40,597 bases of DNA from an uncultured Ruminococcus sp. (lineage in GTDB: Bacteria; Bacillota; Clostridia; Oscillospirales; Ruminococcaceae): positions 1 to 40,597 of the forward strand of contig CAMHMM010000001.1 of the NCBI GenBank assembly GCA_946186215.1, read 5' to 3'. Positions 36,214 to 40,597 of this stretch are shown piece after piece. The notes under the pieces are model-generated. The model did no database searches. It was not told the origin of the DNA and saw only the letters and a program-made list of their open reading frames with translations. Every line of letters starts with the position of its first letter. The first letter of the stretch is position 1. The translations under genes were made by a program, and so were the position numbers.

Positions 36214-37022
36214 CATACTAATTTTTCACCGCTGTGCAGGGATCTGAGCTTATCGCCCATGATTTCCTTCATCATCTCAAATGCCGGGATACCTGTGCAG
36301 TGTCCGCTGTAGAAAACGGTATTCATCTGTGAAAGCTCCCGGGCTGTCTGAATAATGACGGATTTTTCCTCATCGGTGTGTTCGCCATCACGCTTCATCA
36401 TGTGAAATCCGCTTATCACATAGTCGGGAACGCTTCCGAAAAGTTCTCTGTATCTGTCAAGGATATTGAGAATACCGTTATGAGCGCAGCCCGATAAAAG
36501 CCAGCGTATGCCGTTCTGTGTTATGACAAGGCATTGTTCATGTACAAAATCGTCTTCGGCTTTTTCTCCGTCCTTCAGACAGGAAAGCTTTCTGTTGCCC
36601 TGCGGATAGCACCGCCTGCCTGTGATACCGCTGAACAGAAACAGTTCATCATCAAGCTGTATATTACCGTCGATCAGACGGATATTCGGTAATTTAAGGA
36701 TATCCGTATCTATGCCGATATAGCGTTCACCGTTAAAATGCGGTTCGGCGGCTGTTCTCTGCATGATTATCTGTGCTGTGTGGTTGAGCTCTGAAAAGGG
36801 CAGAATACCGCCTGAATGGTCATAATGGCCGTGGCTGAGGATAACAGTATCAACAGCGGTAAGGTCAATGCCGAGCGTTTCAGCGTTTGTGACAACTGCA
36901 TCAGTCTGTCCAGTATCAAGCAGAAGCCTGTGCTTTTCTGTCTCGATATATACCGAGAGACCGTGCTCGGCAATACAGCTTTCGCTCCCGACAGTATTTT
37001 CTACAAGTGTTATGATCTTCAT
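36213..37022 (-). CDS. MBL-fold metallo-hydrolase
   Basis: AEHGLS, LLDTG, LSHGHYDHSGG, GCAHNG, GFH, HCTG. Confidence 0.93.
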   Translation of the reverse strand: MKIITLVENTVGSESCIAEHGLSVYIETEKHRLLLDTGQTDAVVTNAETLGIDLTAVDTVILSHGHYDHSGGILPFSELNHTAQIIMQRTAAEPHFNGERYIGIDTDILKLPNIRLIDGNIQLDDELFLFSGITGRRCYPQGNRKLSCLKDGEKAEDDFVHEQCLVITQNGIRWLLSGCAHNGILNILDRYRELFGSVPDYVISGFHMMKRDGEHTDEEKSVIIQTARELSQMNTVFYSGHCTGIPAFEMMKEIMGDKLRSLHSGEKLV

Positions 37023-37738
37023 TCGTGTTTACCGCAGCAATGATCTCCGCAGAAATGCTCTTCACCATGTTCATGATCATGATGATCACAGGTAGGATCA
37101 TCATTCTGTACAAGTGTATCTGCAAGGAAGGATGTAACTGCATCATCAGCATATCCGGTATTTCCGCCGTAAAGAGCAATACCTGCTTCCTGCATTGCCA
37201 TCTGAGCACCTCCGCCGATACCGCCGCAGATCAGCACATCTACCTGAGCACTCCTCAGAAATCCGGCAAGAGCACCATGTCCTGCGCCGTTAGTGCCAAC
37301 TACCTGTTCGTTTATGATCTTACCGTCAGTGATATCATAGAGCTTGAATTGTTCTGTCCTTCCAAAGTGCTGGAATATTTGTCCGTTTTCATAGGTTACT
37401 GCTATTCTCATGATCGTATTTCCTTTCCGGATTATTTCTTCCGAGATATTATTGTCGAGTGTATAATTTCCGCCTGAGATCACTATGCGCTTTCCTTCCA
37501 CCAGAGCTGCTGCCAGCTTTTTTCGTGCGCTTTCATATATCGCCGTAACGGTAGTCCTTGCGACATTCATTTCAGCAGCGCATTGTTCCTGAGTTTTTCC
37601 CTGATAGTCTATCAGCCGTATAGTTTCAAACTCGTCAAGTGACATTGTGACTGTATCGTTTGCAATATCCTGATCGGGGGCAAAGCTCCAGTAATCGGGA
37701 TAACAGCATATACGGCGCGTTTTCTGAGGTCTGGGCAT
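37019..37738 (-). CDS. DUF134 HTH domain fused to a NifB/NifX-family cofactor-binding domain, His/Cys tail
   Basis: MPRPQKTRR...EFETIRLID..G.TQEQCAAEMNVARTT...ARKKLA.ALVEGK, then MRIAV...HFGRT...ICGGIGGGA and CDHHDHEHG...CGDHCCG; start 37738 after AAAGGAG. Confidence 0.92.
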   Translation of the reverse strand: MPRPQKTRRICCYPDYWSFAPDQDIANDTVTMSLDEFETIRLIDYQGKTQEQCAAEMNVARTTVTAIYESARKKLAAALVEGKRIVISGGNYTLDNNISEEIIRKGNTIMRIAVTYENGQIFQHFGRTEQFKLYDITDGKIINEQVVGTNGAGHGALAGFLRSAQVDVLICGGIGGGAQMAMQEAGIALYGGNTGYADDAVTSFLADTLVQNDDPTCDHHDHEHGEEHFCGDHCCGKHE

Positions 37739-37754
37739 AGAACCATCTCCTTTA

Positions 37755-37795
37755 CGACTTATGTCAATTATATCAGATAATATGACATATGTCAA
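37755..37795 (-). promoter_or_regulatory. Consensus promoter with two palindromic operator-like sites
   Basis: TTGACA (37795-37790)-17 nt-TATAAT (37772-37767), extended TGn; TGACATATGTCA at 37783-37794 and CGACTTATGTCA at 37755-37766. Confidence 0.85.
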
Positions 37796-37826
37796 GTATA
37801 GATTTTGCTGCACCACTGCCTGAGAG

Positions 37827-38663
37827 CGGGCAGGCAGAGCCTGCACCCTCCCGGCAGGGAAACGCCGCTGTTACCCGTGCGCTATTTTGCAGGGGAACGC
37901 TCATTTGTGGCTCGGAACCGTAATTGATGCACTGTTTTAGGCGTGACCACGCTAATAAGGACTTGCCGAGAGAAGCGAGGCGGTGGGGTTTACAAACTAA
38001 AGTTCCGGGCTTCAAATGAGAGTTACCATTCAAATGAGAGCGCGGGAAACAGCGGGTTTTACCCGCCGAACGGTAGCCTATTGTCTTAAATTGTATATTT
38101 GCAGCGAGTCAAAGGGGATGAAACACCAGAGGGACGGAGCATCAATTTGAAATGACGACATTATCTGTGCGCCGTCCCTCTTCGTTTCTCCCCTTTGTAT
38201 CCCCTTTTCCCCACTCTTTTGTTATTTTGCTTCCCGTTTGGACACCGTTTATAACCCACTCAGGATTATCAGCACAATAAATTTTACATTCGCTCAGATA
38301 GGTTCTGTGTGGACAGTTGCCGATAAATGCCTGCTTTCTGTTTTGTTTGTCTCGCCCTGTCATTTGGTAAGTCACCTGCTCTCAGGTTTATAAACCTCTC
38401 CTATAAATTTGTGCTGTCAGCCTTGCCGTTATCATATAATAATAGTAGATATAAAAGTTCCGAGCTACAAATGAGAGACTTCGTACAAAAGAGAGTACGG
38501 GTAGGTGTTGGCCTTGCCGACCGGGTAACAGCGGGTTTTACCCGCCGGGTGGGTGCAGGCTCTGTCTGTTTTCTAACTCGCTTTATGTGGAAATAAGAGT
38601 TCCGGGCTGCAAATGAGAGTTACCATTCAAATGAAAGCGCGGGAGGGTGCAGGCACTGCCTGC
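37827..38663. repeat. Family-1 composite array with inverted halves
   Basis: Hairpins and linker at 37827-37920 in one orientation; linkers near 38000, 38453, 38595 and a three-hairpin run at 38498-38569 in the other. Confidence 0.9.
38042..38400. repeat. ~358-nt conserved structured element, copy B
   Basis: Colinear with 28304-28661; identical blocks 38108-38144 and 38166-38232. Confidence 0.9.
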
Positions 38664-38715
38664 AAATTTTTTGAAAATTATTGTCCTTTTTTTCTTCTGC
38701 ATCGGTTAAAGAGAC
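38664..38715 (+). promoter_or_regulatory. Putative ECF-sigma promoter motif, copy 2
   Basis: AAATTTTTTGAAAATTAT-TGTCC-16 nt-CGGTTAAAGAGAC. Confidence 0.65.
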
Positions 38716-39070
38716 AAAGGGGAAAACAAAAGCCCCGAAAAAGAAATTGAATTAAAAAGAAACTGAAAAAAAGAAACCGAAGGCGGGAAGTAAATCAGCC
38801 CGTTTGATATAGATGACCGGATGCAAATCGTCCGGAATGATGGCAGAGCGAAAATCACTTTGCAGCGGCAGCGGAGCAGATCTCCCTGTATTGAAAGGAA
38901 GTAAATCAGCCTTTCGGAAACCGGATAATAATACTTAAACTGTGCGACGAAAATATAAAAGGCAGGAATGTGGATGAATAATAAAATAATGCAGTAATGA
39001 GCCCGCTTGGTGTAAGCGGGTATTCTGCGTTGCAAAAAAATCTCTTCCCCCGCAGTGGGAGAAGAGATGA
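38713..39070 (+). ncRNA. Candidate sRNA with repeated AAGUAAAUCAG loops
   Basis: Promoter-like motif upstream, no SD-led ORF, several hairpins, two with an identical 11-nt loop; 3' hairpin ATCTCTTC...GAAGAGAT. Confidence 0.5.
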
Positions 39071-39089
39071 TCTCATGAGAGGGTGTTTT

Positions 39090-39782
39090 TTAGTTCTGTC
39101 CGTAATATGCGTTTGCGCCGTGCTTGCGGTTGTAGTGCTTGTCAAGCAGATACTGAGGCACCGTGCCCGCATCGGGATTGAGCATGAGCGCATGGAAATT
39201 CATGAATGCCGCCTGCTCGAGCACAACCGAATTATGCACAGCCTCGTGAGCATCCTTGCCCCATGTGAAGGGTCCGTGGTTCTTGGTGAGAACGCCGGGG
39301 ACAGCAAGAGGATCAATGCCTCTGAATGTCTCGATTATCACTTTGCCGGTGTTCTTTTCATATGCTTCGTTGATCTCGGCCTCGGTAAGAGAGCGGGTGC
39401 AGGGTATCTCGCCGTAGAAATAGTCCGCATGAGTGGTGCCCATGGGCTTTACGCCCATCCCCGCCTGAGCAAAGGATACTGCCCATTTGCTGTGGGTGTG
39501 GACGATGCCGCCTATGCCCGCATATTCGCGGTACAGCTCCAGATGTGTGGGCGTATCGCTGGAGGGGCGCAGCTTTCCTTCTACTACCTCGCCTGTTTCG
39601 ATGCTCACTACGACCATATCATCGGGGGTGAGCTTGTTGTAATCCACGCCGGAGGGCTTTATAACGAAATTGCCGCTCTCGCGGTCAACGCCGCTGACAT
39701 TTCCCCATGTGAACACGACAAGACCGTATTCGGGGAGGAGCATATTTGCCTTGTAGACTTCTTCCTTTAATTTTTCAAGCAT
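39090..39782 (-). CDS. araD: L-ribulose-5-phosphate 4-epimerase
   Basis: [52 protein letters not shown]. Confidence 0.97.
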   Translation of the reverse strand: MLEKLKEEVYKANMLLPEYGLVVFTWGNVSGVDRESGNFVIKPSGVDYNKLTPDDMVVVSIETGEVVEGKLRPSSDTPTHLELYREYAGIGGIVHTHSKWAVSFAQAGMGVKPMGTTHADYFYGEIPCTRSLTEAEINEAYEKNTGKVIIETFRGIDPLAVPGVLTKNHGPFTWGKDAHEAVHNSVVLEQAAFMNFHALMLNPDAGTVPQYLLDKHYNRKHGANAYYGQN

Positions 39783-39797
39783 ATCTATCTTCCTTTA

Positions 39798-40517
39798 TCA
39801 GTCAAATTTTGAGCCCTTGTATAAACGCATTCCTTCAAGCTGTGATACTGTCCACGAAAAGCCCTTTGCGGTGCGCTCTGCTGCTTCAAAGAAGTGGTTC
39901 CCGGGGTTTATTTCCAGCTTATTGTCAAGGATAAGATGATCCTCGTCGATATATTCCGCGGTCTTTTCGATCATTTCCCGCGAACGCTGAAGGACGGGGT
40001 TTTTTGTTCTGTGCTCTTTATCGCCCAGTGAAAGATACACGAAGCGGGATCTTATATAGTGCCCCGCCATGAAGTCTTCCCAGCCTTCAAACCACACCGA
40101 TGGTGATGCGGCGGCAGTGGCGGCGAATTCATCGCACACATATGATGCCCACAGGGAGAAGAGCCCCGCAAGCGAATACCCGCCGATGATCCGTTTAAGA
40201 CGGCTGTCGGGGAATTTTTCATCAAAATACGGGATGATATGAGCTGTGATAAGCTCAAGTGTGCGGGCTGCACCGTCCCCGAAGGGGGTATCGCCGAAAA
40301 CAGGCGGCGCAGGCCACGGGGAAAGCTCGTCATTCCAGTTATCCACGGCGAGTGCTGCCAGTATGATATCATCATGCCCGCAGGTCTCACAGATAAGGCG
40401 GTACTCTTTTTCAAGCTGATCCGTTTCATGCTGTCCCACAGGCTGTATGAGAAGAAAGCGGGGTTCATTCCCGCTTTGCACAAATACGCTCCTGCCGTTT
40501 ATGATGATCTCTTCCAT
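39798..40517 (-). CDS. Alpha/beta-hydrolase esterase
   Basis: WNDELSPW, GYSLAG nucleophile elbow, SPSVW, SLGDKE, NPGNHF; start MEEIII after GGAG. Confidence 0.9.
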   Translation of the reverse strand: MEEIIINGRSVFVQSGNEPRFLLIQPVGQHETDQLEKEYRLICETCGHDDIILAALAVDNWNDELSPWPAPPVFGDTPFGDGAARTLELITAHIIPYFDEKFPDSRLKRIIGGYSLAGLFSLWASYVCDEFAATAAASPSVWFEGWEDFMAGHYIRSRFVYLSLGDKEHRTKNPVLQRSREMIEKTAEYIDEDHLILDNKLEINPGNHFFEAAERTAKGFSWTVSQLEGMRLYKGSKFD

Positions 40518-40597
40518 AATCTCTCCGCATAGCCATAAAAGGCGCAAGTAAGCCTGTAAGCCGGGTTTTGTCGTGTGTGGTCATCTATCTGAGTGAA

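Noticed and set aside
39090-39782. araD without araA/araB as an anomaly
   Set aside because: Stand-alone araD is unremarkable and its operon context runs off the window edge.

Overview
Chromosomal replication-origin region of a Clostridia-class bacterium (Ruminococcus/Oscillospiraceae-like by gene content; taxonomy is inference). The minus strand carries dnaA-oriC-dnaN-yaaA-recF-remB-(inserted gene)-gyrB-(3 inserted genes)-gyrA. A 16-kb plus-strand housekeeping block (rpiB, upp, glmS, rbgA, rnhB etc.) points toward oriC, and four identical parS sites lie on that side. The usual rpmH-rnpA-yidC cluster is not upstream of dnaA. The most interesting signals are non-coding: (1) a modular REP-like system of 24-nt triloop hairpin units with covarying stems plus a ~50-nt linker, clustered at seven intergenic loci and often flush with stop codons; (2) a ~358-nt element present twice inside those arrays, with an invariant long hairpin and G-tracts, one copy between dnaA and oriC; (3) a candidate ~350-nt sRNA with two different stems presenting the same 11-nt loop, behind an ECF-type promoter motif shared with a secreted-protein gene; (4) an oriC built from non-canonical TTTTCAACA boxes with a correspondingly altered DnaA recognition helix; (5) a palindromic operator for a DUF134-NifB/NifX fusion. 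There is also an orphan double-glycine-leader/zinc-ribbon peptide. No CRISPR array, transposase, tRNA or rRNA was seen. All calls were made by eye, without database searches.
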